Below are positions 57,059 through 64,000 of a stretch of DNA of 64,000 nt, one piece after another (position 1 is the stretch's first letter; each line of letters begins with the position of its first letter). The stretch lies in NCBI GenBank assembly GCA_038891615.1, contig JAWADY010000002.1, positions 64,994 through 128,993 of the forward strand, read 5' to 3'. Source of the stretch: Candidatus Woesearchaeota archaeon. Lineage in GTDB: Archaea > Nanobdellota > Nanobdellia > Woesearchaeales > ARS49. The position numbers and the translations under genes were made by a program. Under the pieces are notes generated by a model, which worked only from the letters and a program-made list of their open reading frames with translations, was not told the origin of the DNA and did no database searches.

Positions 57059-57712
57059 ATGGAAACAAGCAAATGCGGCAGGTTTATTGTTCTTGATGGC
57101 ATTGATGGTTCTGGAAAGAGCATGCAAGCAAAGGCACTCGCTTGTTACCTTTTTGACAAATCAAAAGAGTACAATGTCCTTCTCACGCGCGAGCCTTTTA
57201 ATTCAGACTATTGTGCTGAAATTCGTAGGCTACTCAAGGAAGGAAAAACTCCTTATGAAAACGCCGAGAAGCTCACAGAACTTTTTGTTGCTGACAGAAA
57301 ACTTCATGCTGGCCTGATAGCAAAGTGCCTTTCTGCAGGCGTTCATGTTGTGTCGGACAGGTATAAGTATTCAACCTTTGCGTACCAACAAGCGCAAGGC
57401 TTAAACCTAGACCGCCTGATTGAAATGCACGCTTCTTTGCTTGTTCCTGACATTGCAATAATTATTGATATTCCTGCCAAAGTTGCACTCGAGCGCATCA
57501 AGGACAGCCCTAAAAGGTCATATTACGAGGTTTTTGAAGCTCTTTCCTTTCAAGAGGTCCTACGGCAGAACTTTCTATCACTTCGCAAGAGCTTACCAAA
57601 TGAGCGGATTGTGATTATTGATGGAAACAAGCCTGCAGTTGAGGTCTTTGAATCGATAAGGAAGGAAGTGGACAAGCTGTATGGCTCTTGTGGTCAAAAG
57701 AAACTTTTATAA
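57059..57712 (+). CDS. tmk: Thymidylate kinase.
   Basis: GRFIVLDGIDGSGKSMQ P-loop. LLTREPF. DRY-like DRYKYS. The start is set at the ATG at 57059, because the ORF-track start at 56915 would overlap the tRNA-Thr gene. A TATA-like tttatata lies about 25 nt upstream. Confidence 0.75.
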   Translation: METSKCGRFIVLDGIDGSGKSMQAKALACYLFDKSKEYNVLLTREPFNSDYCAEIRRLLKEGKTPYENAEKLTELFVADRKLHAGLIAKCLSAGVHVVSDRYKYSTFAYQQAQGLNLDRLIEMHASLLVPDIAIIIDIPAKVALERIKDSPKRSYYEVFEALSFQEVLRQNFLSLRKSLPNERIVIIDGNKPAVEVFESIRKEVDKLYGSCGQKKLL

Positions 57713-57791
57713 AAAAGCTATTGCTTCGTTGCTTAAAAGAGGAAAATACTTTTGTTTGTCAAAAAGAACTACTGATGCGAACAGTGTCTGA

Positions 57792-58286
57792 TTGGTTGAG
57801 GTGATTGTGATGGAAATAAAAGAAGCCTATGAACGCTTGCGAAAACGTTATCCTGAACTCCCTCCATTCCAACAGCTTGATTTTGAATTTGAGCTTTCAA
57901 CGATTGAAAAGGAGAGATTTGAAGAGCCTTTCATTCTTAGGCTTATCTGCAGTAGGATAAGCGAAAAAGTAAGCCCGCTGAAGGATTTTTTTGATCAGCT
58001 CCTTCAGCCAGAAGCTACATCCTTTAGCAGCATCTACGAATCACGCTGTTTCACAGAAGCTGAGAAACATGAAATTCTCGATGTCTACAAAAAATATATG
58101 CTTTTTGTCAGAGCACTTGATGAAGCCCTTCTTATGCTCGATGATAAAAAATATGTGGAAGTCGTTAAACTCTCCTTGTCAGAGTGGCCTGATGTGAGAA
58201 AAGCAGTCCTACCTTTTCTGAAGAAGCTTCGTGAATGCTGGAAGACGCCGTTTGAAAAGAAAAGAATTCTTGAATATCTTGGTTAA
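57792..58286 (+). CDS. Hypothetical protein, 164 aa.
   Basis: Intact ORF between tmk and adk. No recognisable motif. Confidence 0.3.
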   Translation: MVEVIVMEIKEAYERLRKRYPELPPFQQLDFEFELSTIEKERFEEPFILRLICSRISEKVSPLKDFFDQLLQPEATSFSSIYESRCFTEAEKHEILDVYKKYMLFVRALDEALLMLDDKKYVEVVKLSLSEWPDVRKAVLPFLKKLRECWKTPFEKKRILEYLG

Positions 58287-58288
58287 AC

Positions 58289-58930
58289 TTGCGCATGAAA
58301 ATAATCTTGTTCGGTCCACAAGGCTCTGGAAAAGGAACGCAGGGCAGACTCCTTAGTCAAGCTTTTGGTATTCCACATATTGATGTTGGAGAGCTTTTGC
58401 GCAAGGAACTTGAAAAGGGAACAGAGCTTGGCATGCGGGCAAAGAAAGTTCTTGAGCATGGAGGCTTTGTAGAGGATGGTGAGATTTTCAAACTTGTGAA
58501 GTCAAAGCTGTTAAGCAGCGAGTCCGAAAAAGGGTGGATTCTTGATGGTTTTCCAAGGACGCTAGAACAGGCAGACTTTCTTGAACAGGTTGCAAAACCT
58601 GATATTGCTATACTTTTGAAGATTCCTGACCGTATTGCAATCAAAAGACTTTCCAGCAGAAGACAATGCCCAAAGTGCGGAAGGGTATACGGCTTAGATA
58701 TTCCCCCAAAAAAGCGAGGGAGGTGTGATGAGTGCGGGGAAAGACTTCTTAGGCGCAAGGATGACAGTCCTGCAGCAATAAGAAAGCGGCTTAGACTTTA
58801 TCACAAAGTTACAGAACCAATACTTAGGCGTTACAAGAAGCAAAGGCTTGTTTACGAAGTTGATGCCTCAGGGGCTATTGAAGAAGTTTTTAAGGAGCTT
58901 TGTTCTGTTGTTAGAGAGTTCTCTGAGTAA
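58289..58930 (+). CDS. adk: Adenylate kinase (long bacterial-type with a Zn-binding LID).
   Basis: ILFGPQGSGKGTQ. ILDGFPRTLEQADFL. LID CPKCGRVY...CDECG. Confidence 0.9.
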   Translation: MRMKIILFGPQGSGKGTQGRLLSQAFGIPHIDVGELLRKELEKGTELGMRAKKVLEHGGFVEDGEIFKLVKSKLLSSESEKGWILDGFPRTLEQADFLEQVAKPDIAILLKIPDRIAIKRLSSRRQCPKCGRVYGLDIPPKKRGRCDECGERLLRRKDDSPAAIRKRLRLYHKVTEPILRRYKKQRLVYEVDASGAIEEVFKELCSVVREFSE

Positions 58931-59895
58931 CGATAAAATTTATTATTAAAGAGTTGCCTAATAAACTCTGTTGCGTAGCTTCCTTTTGGAAGGTCAAAAT
59001 TTAGCTGTAACTTCTTTTTGCCAGGATTAAGCTCGTCTGGTTTTGGCCCTTGAACCACAAGCCCCTGCGCTTCTATCCAAACTTTCCGTGTGCTTCCTTC
59101 ACAGCTTAGCTCTGGGAATTGCTTGATTATAAAATCCTTTGTTGTCAGACTCTCCCTTTTCAAAATGTTCTTTACAAGTGGCTCTTCTGAAGTATCAAAG
59201 CCAATTATTGGAAGTACGGCTTCAGGTTCAATGTCTTGTGCCTGCCTTAAATATTCTTTTGCCATCTCATTCCACAGCCAGCTTTGGTAGCTTGCCACAA
59301 AAAACTTTAACAGCTTTAGATGCACTTGCTTGAGAGCACCAATTGGATCAGAAGGAACTTCTTTTAACCGCTGCTTAACAGCAGGGTATTTTTTAGCAGC
59401 AAGTTCAGCAGCCTTTGCCCATTCTTGATGTAGAATTGCCCTACCTATTTCGAGTCCGTCGCCCCTAAACCTTTGCTCCCCGAAAAAGTTCACAAAGTAC
59501 TTTTTTATCTCCGGCATAGAATCAATGCCGCGCACAACAATTTCAAACCGATTTCCAACATTGCTTCCAAGCGAGATTGGTTTTTTTCCCCGACCAAGAA
59601 AGGTTAGCTCGATGCCCTGGCCTAATAATCTGGCTCCAACTTTTTCCAATCTTTCTTTTCCTATTCCTTTAACAGAACAAATCTGCTCTGTGATTGCTCT
59701 TTTATCTTTATTTCCAGCCCATCCAAACATGCGAAGCCGAAGCCCTAGCTTTTCAGCAATCACCTGCAACGCCTTGAGGGTTGTCCAATTCCTCTTTTTC
59801 AACACAAAGTATGCAAATTTACCATCCTTTTTTGGCTTAAGGTTCATAAGTTCTTTTACTACAAAGTCCTCTGGAATTTGCTTTAATTTGAACAT
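58852..59895 (-). CDS. truD: tRNA pseudouridine(13) synthase TruD/Pus7 family.
   Basis: N-terminal PEDFVVKEL and catalytic FGWAGNKDKRAITEQ (GxKD motif). Its C-terminal end overlaps the adk 3' end by 79 nt in convergent orientation. Confidence 0.75.
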   Translation of the reverse strand: MFKLKQIPEDFVVKELMNLKPKKDGKFAYFVLKKRNWTTLKALQVIAEKLGLRLRMFGWAGNKDKRAITEQICSVKGIGKERLEKVGARLLGQGIELTFLGRGKKPISLGSNVGNRFEIVVRGIDSMPEIKKYFVNFFGEQRFRGDGLEIGRAILHQEWAKAAELAAKKYPAVKQRLKEVPSDPIGALKQVHLKLLKFFVASYQSWLWNEMAKEYLRQAQDIEPEAVLPIIGFDTSEEPLVKNILKRESLTTKDFIIKQFPELSCEGSTRKVWIEAQGLVVQGPKPDELNPGKKKLQLNFDLPKGSYATEFIRQLFNNKFYRYSENSLTTEQSSLKTSSIAPEASTS

Positions 59896-59927
59896 GATGC
59901 TCCCTCTCGAATGTAATTAAAGGCAAA

Positions 59928-60032
59928 CGCGCCCGGGAGGATTTGAACCCCCGATCTCCAGGTTAGGAACCTGTCGCTCTATTTGTCCGAGCAGAAAAGT
60001 GCTTTCTGCCCACCAGACTGAGCTACGGGCGC
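59928..60032 (-). tRNA. tRNA-Arg (anticodon CCT) carrying a putative non-canonical intron of about 30 nt in the D-loop.
   Basis: Reverse complement reads GCGCCCG-TA-GCTC-AGTCTGGT[gggcagaaagcacttttctgctcggacaaat]A-GAGC-G-ACAGG-TTCCTAA-CCTGG-AGATC-GGGGG-TTCAAAT-CCTCC-CGGGCGC-G. Acceptor, T-arm and anticodon arm are canonical. The D-stem closes only if 30-31 nt are removed. Confidence 0.55.
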
Positions 60033-60112
60033 ATTGAAAGGAAAGCTCTTTTAGTGTTTTTAAATATTCTCACCAGCTGTCAGTGCCTTCTTAGCCCTTG
60101 CCAAATAGCTGC

Positions 60113-61969
60113 TCAAGATGAGCTGCCAAGCATTCTTTTCAAAAGCTCTGCAATCTTTTGGCCAGGTGCCTTTCCTCGAAGCTTTGACATAGCAATGCCC
60201 ATTACAGCATTGAAACCAAGTCCTGCCTTTTCAGCAACAAGCGCCTTTAGTTCCTTTTCCAATTCCTTTTCAGAAAGCTGCCTAAACTGGCCAAGCACTT
60301 CTTTAACAGGCTTTGCGGTTGCAAGGATTGGCAAAATGGCTTCTTTTGAAATCTCGCCCTTCTCAAGCGCAGAGAAAATGCTTTCAAAATCCTCTTCGCT
60401 AAGCCAAATCTCAAGATTGAACTCTGCTTTAACCTTCTTTTCAACCGTCATGAGCAGCTCAGCTATGTATGCTGGCTTGAGGGTTTTGAACTTATTAACA
60501 AACCTTTCAAAAATGTCTATACGGTCACTTTTTGCAACTAACTCAGCAAGGTCTTTTGAAAGTCCGAGCTTTCTATACCTTGCAATCTTTTGTTCAATGA
60601 GCTCCGGAAGGGCTATGCCGGAAAGCATCTCTTTTGTAATTGTGATAGGAGGAATGTCTGTTTCTGGATACATTCGCGCAGCCCCTGGCATAGGTCTAAG
60701 GTAGCTTGTGCTTCCATCAGCATTTGCTTTTCTAACTTCTTTCGGAACCCCTTCAAAAGCCTCAAGCGCACGTTGTCTTACAGCCTCCAGCGCAGAGAAC
60801 GCCTGTTGCCTATGACCTGCTACGACAATCACAAAGCCATCTCCTTTCCCGCATCCAAGAGCTTTTGCAACCTTTGCCTTTTCCTCACTGCTTATACCAT
60901 ATCCAGGCAATTCGTCCGAATGCAGTATTCCTCCAACCCCTGCTGCAACAGCAGCCCTTTCTGAAAGTTCTGTTCCAAAACGCCTGCCAGGTTGAAGCTC
61001 CTTGCCAAAAATTCCTTCAAACAATGGCAACTTAAGTGCAAAAGCGCTTCCATTGCTTTGAATTGTTGACTGAATGAGCTTTGATTTTGTGCCTTCCAAC
61101 AATGCTCTGACATCGACAGGTACGACCTTTTTGATTGCCTCTGCCTTTGCGCCCCTTAACTTAAGTTCATCCTTAATAGCAAGCAGACCAAGTTGGCGTC
61201 TTACTTCGTTCTCAACAAGCACAGGTATCATCCCAAGTTCCTGGCATCCTTTTATCTCTATTCTCTCACCACCAGTTATGGAAACATTTACATCCTGCCT
61301 TATTGTCCCAATCCCGCGCTTTACACTTCCTGTGCTCCTAAGTAGCAGCCCTAGTTTCTCAGCAGCCTCTTTTGCCTGTTCTGGACTTTTTATGTCAGCT
61401 GCGGTTCCTATCTCAATCAAAGGGATGCCGAGCCTGTCAAGCCTATAAATGATATGCTTGTGACCTCTTTCCTCTTTTATTATCCTCGCAGAATCCTCTT
61501 CTAAGCAAATTGTTTTTATTCCAATCCTTCCTTGGCTTGTTTCAATCTCGCCATCGAGTCCAACAAGAGCTGTTCTTTGGAAGCCTGTCGTGTTTGAGCC
61601 GTCAATAACAATCTTTCTCATCACCCTAACTTGGTCAACAGGTCTTGCCTTTAAAAGAAGGCTTACTTGCAGTGCAGTTCTAAGAGCAGTTTCATTAAAG
61701 CTTTCCGGAGGGCTCTCATCAAGTTCAACCAGGCAACTGACATCTCTATGCACTTCGTAGATAAAGCTTAACCCTTTCATTTGCTCAGCAAGTGCCGCGA
61801 GGTCAACTTCTCCAACCTCTCCTGGCAGGGCCCTAAGCTTTCGCAAAATTGTGAAGTCAGGGCTGCTTTCTTTAATTATTGTAGGGCATTTACAAAACAG
61901 TTTTTTGCCTTCGAGCTGTTGATGGACCTCAAGCCCTACCCTAAGACCAAGCTTTGAATAGTCTGCCAT
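60113..61969 (-). CDS. gatE: Glutamyl-tRNA(Gln) amidotransferase subunit E.
   Basis: N-terminus MADYSKLGLRVGLEVHQQLEGKKLFCKC is characteristic of GatE. Length 618 aa. Confidence 0.85.
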   Translation of the reverse strand: MADYSKLGLRVGLEVHQQLEGKKLFCKCPTIIKESSPDFTILRKLRALPGEVGEVDLAALAEQMKGLSFIYEVHRDVSCLVELDESPPESFNETALRTALQVSLLLKARPVDQVRVMRKIVIDGSNTTGFQRTALVGLDGEIETSQGRIGIKTICLEEDSARIIKEERGHKHIIYRLDRLGIPLIEIGTAADIKSPEQAKEAAEKLGLLLRSTGSVKRGIGTIRQDVNVSITGGERIEIKGCQELGMIPVLVENEVRRQLGLLAIKDELKLRGAKAEAIKKVVPVDVRALLEGTKSKLIQSTIQSNGSAFALKLPLFEGIFGKELQPGRRFGTELSERAAVAAGVGGILHSDELPGYGISSEEKAKVAKALGCGKGDGFVIVVAGHRQQAFSALEAVRQRALEAFEGVPKEVRKANADGSTSYLRPMPGAARMYPETDIPPITITKEMLSGIALPELIEQKIARYRKLGLSKDLAELVAKSDRIDIFERFVNKFKTLKPAYIAELLMTVEKKVKAEFNLEIWLSEEDFESIFSALEKGEISKEAILPILATAKPVKEVLGQFRQLSEKELEKELKALVAEKAGLGFNAVMGIAMSKLRGKAPGQKIAELLKRMLGSSS

Positions 61970-62085
61970 ATTAGCTAACCTTCAAACAGGGCGCTCATTC
62001 ACTTCTTGAAATTCCTTGGCTATAAAAAGCTGATGCCGCAAGCTTTTTAAGCACAGCATTTTTAGCTATTAAAAAGAGGGAAATA

Positions 62086-62475
62086 ATGGTTTTTATTTCG
62101 TCGTTTGGTGTGGCAGAGGCGCTTTGGCTAGCGTTTATGGCTCTTATTGGAACTCTGCTTCTTATGCTGACTGCAAAGGTGTTTAAGCTCAACGCGAGCT
62201 TTGAGCAGGCACTCCCTGTTTCTATTCTCTCATTTGCTATTGTTTGGGTTGCAGCACTTCTTTTTTCACAACTTGACTTACTTGGTGTTGTGCTAAGCTG
62301 GTTTACAAGTGTAGTAAGTAGCATATTACTGGTCAAGTGGAGATACAAGCTTGGCTTAGGCTGGTCTGCCGCAGTATGGCTTGTTTGGGCAATGCTAAGT
62401 TTTGTTGTTGGATTTGCGCTCGGACTTATAGCACCAATTTTCTTTCCAAAATCTTTCTTAGTGCAGCCACTTTAA
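62086..62475 (+). CDS. Small integral membrane protein (3-4 TM helices).
   Basis: Hydrophobic segments LWLAFMALIGTLLLML, ILSFAIVWVAALLF, AAVWLVWAMLSFVVGFALGLIAPIFF. Confidence 0.4.
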   Translation: MVFISSFGVAEALWLAFMALIGTLLLMLTAKVFKLNASFEQALPVSILSFAIVWVAALLFSQLDLLGVVLSWFTSVVSSILLVKWRYKLGLGWSAAVWLVWAMLSFVVGFALGLIAPIFFPKSFLVQPL

Positions 62476-62822
62476 TCCTTATTCCTGCTGATAAGAGCGA
62501 TGAGTGAAGCAACAATCGTTAGCCCCAGAATCGATTCAAGAAAAGTTTTCACAACTTCTGTACTGCCATATTTGCTGTACAATATATAAGCCGCTCCAAA
62601 CCCAACAAAAAGGGGTATTGGGAGGTATTTACGAGTCAGCTTCTCAAAATATCCTCTCTTCAATCTCGCCTTGTATTGCTGAAGCTTGATTTTCTCAGCA
62701 AGCTTTGGATTCTTTTCAAGAGCTTTTTTTATTGCTGCTTCCCACTCTTGACTCATTTCGTTTTTGGAAAAAAGCAACAAATATAAAATTTTTGTGGATG
62801 TTTTTTGTCTCAACGCTTCCAA
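62472..62822 (-). CDS. Hypothetical protein with C-terminal membrane segments, 116 aa.
   Basis: Intact ORF. C-terminal segments LFVGFGAAYILY and ILGLTIVASLIALI. Confidence 0.3.
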   Translation of the reverse strand: MEALRQKTSTKILYLLLFSKNEMSQEWEAAIKKALEKNPKLAEKIKLQQYKARLKRGYFEKLTRKYLPIPLFVGFGAAYILYSKYGSTEVVKTFLESILGLTIVASLIALISRNKD

Positions 62823-63043
62823 ACAACAGCTCCCCTTTTATGGACCTCCTTCACCCTGTGCAAAGGTATTTCAGCTTCTTTGCCTTCACGCTCAATCACA
62901 ACAAAATTTCCCTCAATGCGCTTGATTGAAGTATATGGAAGCTCAACAAGCCTGCCAAGGTCGATGAAGCAAAAAGAGTACTCCTCAGGCCTTTCCTTTG
63001 GGTCCCACTTGATTTTATTAAAAAGTTCTTTTATTGTTTTCAT
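62810..63043 (-). CDS. Small conserved hypothetical protein of 77 aa (resembles the DUF504-like small proteins of archaea).
   Basis: MKTIKELFNKIKWDPKERPEEYSFCFIDLG...IPLHRVKEV. Confidence 0.35.
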   Translation of the reverse strand: MKTIKELFNKIKWDPKERPEEYSFCFIDLGRLVELPYTSIKRIEGNFVVIEREGKEAEIPLHRVKEVHKRGAVVWKR

Positions 63044-63083
63044 GAGTGCTTATCTTAGCAAAATCACATAGGTGCAACGCTTT

Positions 63084-64000
63084 CTAATCTATTTTTTCAA
63101 GCCTTTCTGAGACTTCCCCAACAATGCTTTTTTGAAAAAGCTCTTCTATCATATCCTTTGGATAGTTTGAGAGCAACCATGCAAGCTTAACAAAAGCAGT
63201 CTCTGGGCTCATATCTGTGTGATTACCAATAACCCCGAGCTTCTGGAGTCTTCGTCCTGTTGAATAGACATCAAGGTCTATTCTACCATAAATTGTTTGA
63301 GAAGCCATTGCCACAACAGTACCAGAGCTCACAAGCCTTGAAATTGCCTCTGCAATCTTTGAGTGTTCTTTCGTTGCAACATCGCTCTCATTTATTGGTG
63401 CATGGCCAAGACCCGTGCCTTCAATGACAAGTCCATCATAGCCCTTGAAGGCAAGAAACTCCTCAGCAGACATGTTTGGATGAACTTTCAGCAGCCCAAC
63501 TTTTACAGCCTCGTTTATATATGTTAGCTTTGGTTCACGCTTTGACCTTCTCTCATAGTCTTCTCTCAAAAATTCAATTTTTCGTGATGAAAAATCTACC
63601 TTTGCCCACGGAATTGTTCCAATTGCCTTAAAGGCATCCCTTCTGCTTGAGTGCATCTTTCTACATTTAGTTGCTGGAAGCACAATACAACTTTTGTCTT
63701 CAATGCTTTCGTGCATGCAGACAACCACGCCTGCGAAATCCGCTCTTGCAGCAAAAAGGCAGGCAGAGAGAAGGTTTAGTGCTGCATCAGTAGATGGTCT
63801 ATCAGAGCTTCTTTGGCTGCCAACTAGAACAACAGGAATTGGTAAGTTCTGAAGCATGAATGAAAGCGCTGCAGAAGTGTAGTGCAGTGTGTCAGTGCCA
63901 TGGGTTATCACTATTCCCCGTGCACCAGCCTTTATTTCTTTTACAATTTCCTGAGCAAGAATGTTCCAGTGATGAAAACGCATGTCCTCTGAAAAGATGT
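63084..64000 (-). CDS. gatD: Glutamyl-tRNA(Gln) amidotransferase subunit D (asparaginase-like domain). It is 5'-partial because it runs off the window end.
   Basis: Asparaginase motifs ITHGTDTL and VLVGSQRSSDRPSTDAALNL. The reading frame is open upstream of the first in-window Met through base 64000. GatE is encoded 1.1 kb away. Confidence 0.7.
   Translation of the reverse strand, partial: IFSEDMRFHHWNILAQEIVKEIKAGARGIVITHGTDTLHYTSAALSFMLQNLPIPVVLVGSQRSSDRPSTDAALNLLSACLFAARADFAGVVVCMHESIEDKSCIVLPATKCRKMHSSRRDAFKAIGTIPWAKVDFSSRKIEFLREDYERRSKREPKLTYINEAVKVGLLKVHPNMSAEEFLAFKGYDGLVIEGTGLGHAPINESDVATKEHSKIAEAISRLVSSGTVVAMASQTIYGRIDLDVYSTGRRLQKLGVIGNHTDMSPETAFVKLAWLLSNYPKDMIEELFQKSIVGEVSERLEKID

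Noticed and set aside
60054-61448. Plus-strand ORFs overlapping gatE.
   Set aside because: They are antisense shadows of the well-supported gatE gene.
1-64000. Mobile elements, integrases and transposases.
   Set aside because: No transposase or integrase motifs and no terminal inverted repeats were recognised. The tRNA genes are not flanked by integrase genes.

Overview
This window looks like an archaeal chromosome segment, probably from a small-genome DPANN-like lineage. The evidence is RadA and RadB recombinases, a replication protein A-like ssDNA-binding protein (RPA), replication factor C (RFC), a GatD/GatE amidotransferase pair, archaeal-type class II AspRS and AsnRS in tandem, aMBF1, a TRAM-domain protein, tRNAs carrying introns, and proteins with class III (prepilin-like) signal peptides. 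Housekeeping genes are dense. Among them is a roughly 19 kb cell-surface island, whose assembly machinery lies 18 kb away.

The island (875-19870) contains:
- a giant 1826-aa surface protein built from thrombospondin type-3 (TSP3) Ca-binding repeats and Cys-rich modules, ending in a single transmembrane (TM) helix and a basic cytoplasmic tail;
- four pilin-like genes immediately downstream of it;
- a transmembrane Ser/Thr kinase whose extracellular domain resembles a TolB/PD40 beta-propeller;
- two transcription regulators, AbrB-PhoU and Lrp/AsnC, on a divergent AT-rich promoter;
- a 12-gene array of pilin-like proteins, three of which are about 85-100 aa 'mini-pilins' sharing a six-cysteine framework.

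The assembly genes, a FlaI/PilB-like secretion ATPase and a FlaJ/PilC-like platform protein, are at 38265-42780. No prepilin peptidase was recognised in the window.

The window also contains an array of three paralogous membrane proteins followed by three paralogous soluble proteins (53452-56806). A small basic protein is built from an internal 35-aa tandem duplication. tRNA-Thr has a canonical 12-nt intron, and tRNA-Arg(CCT) appears to carry a non-canonical D-loop intron of about 30 nt. A membrane-anchored thioredoxin-like protein sits next to a GT2 glycosyltransferase. No CRISPR array, transposase or integrase was found.
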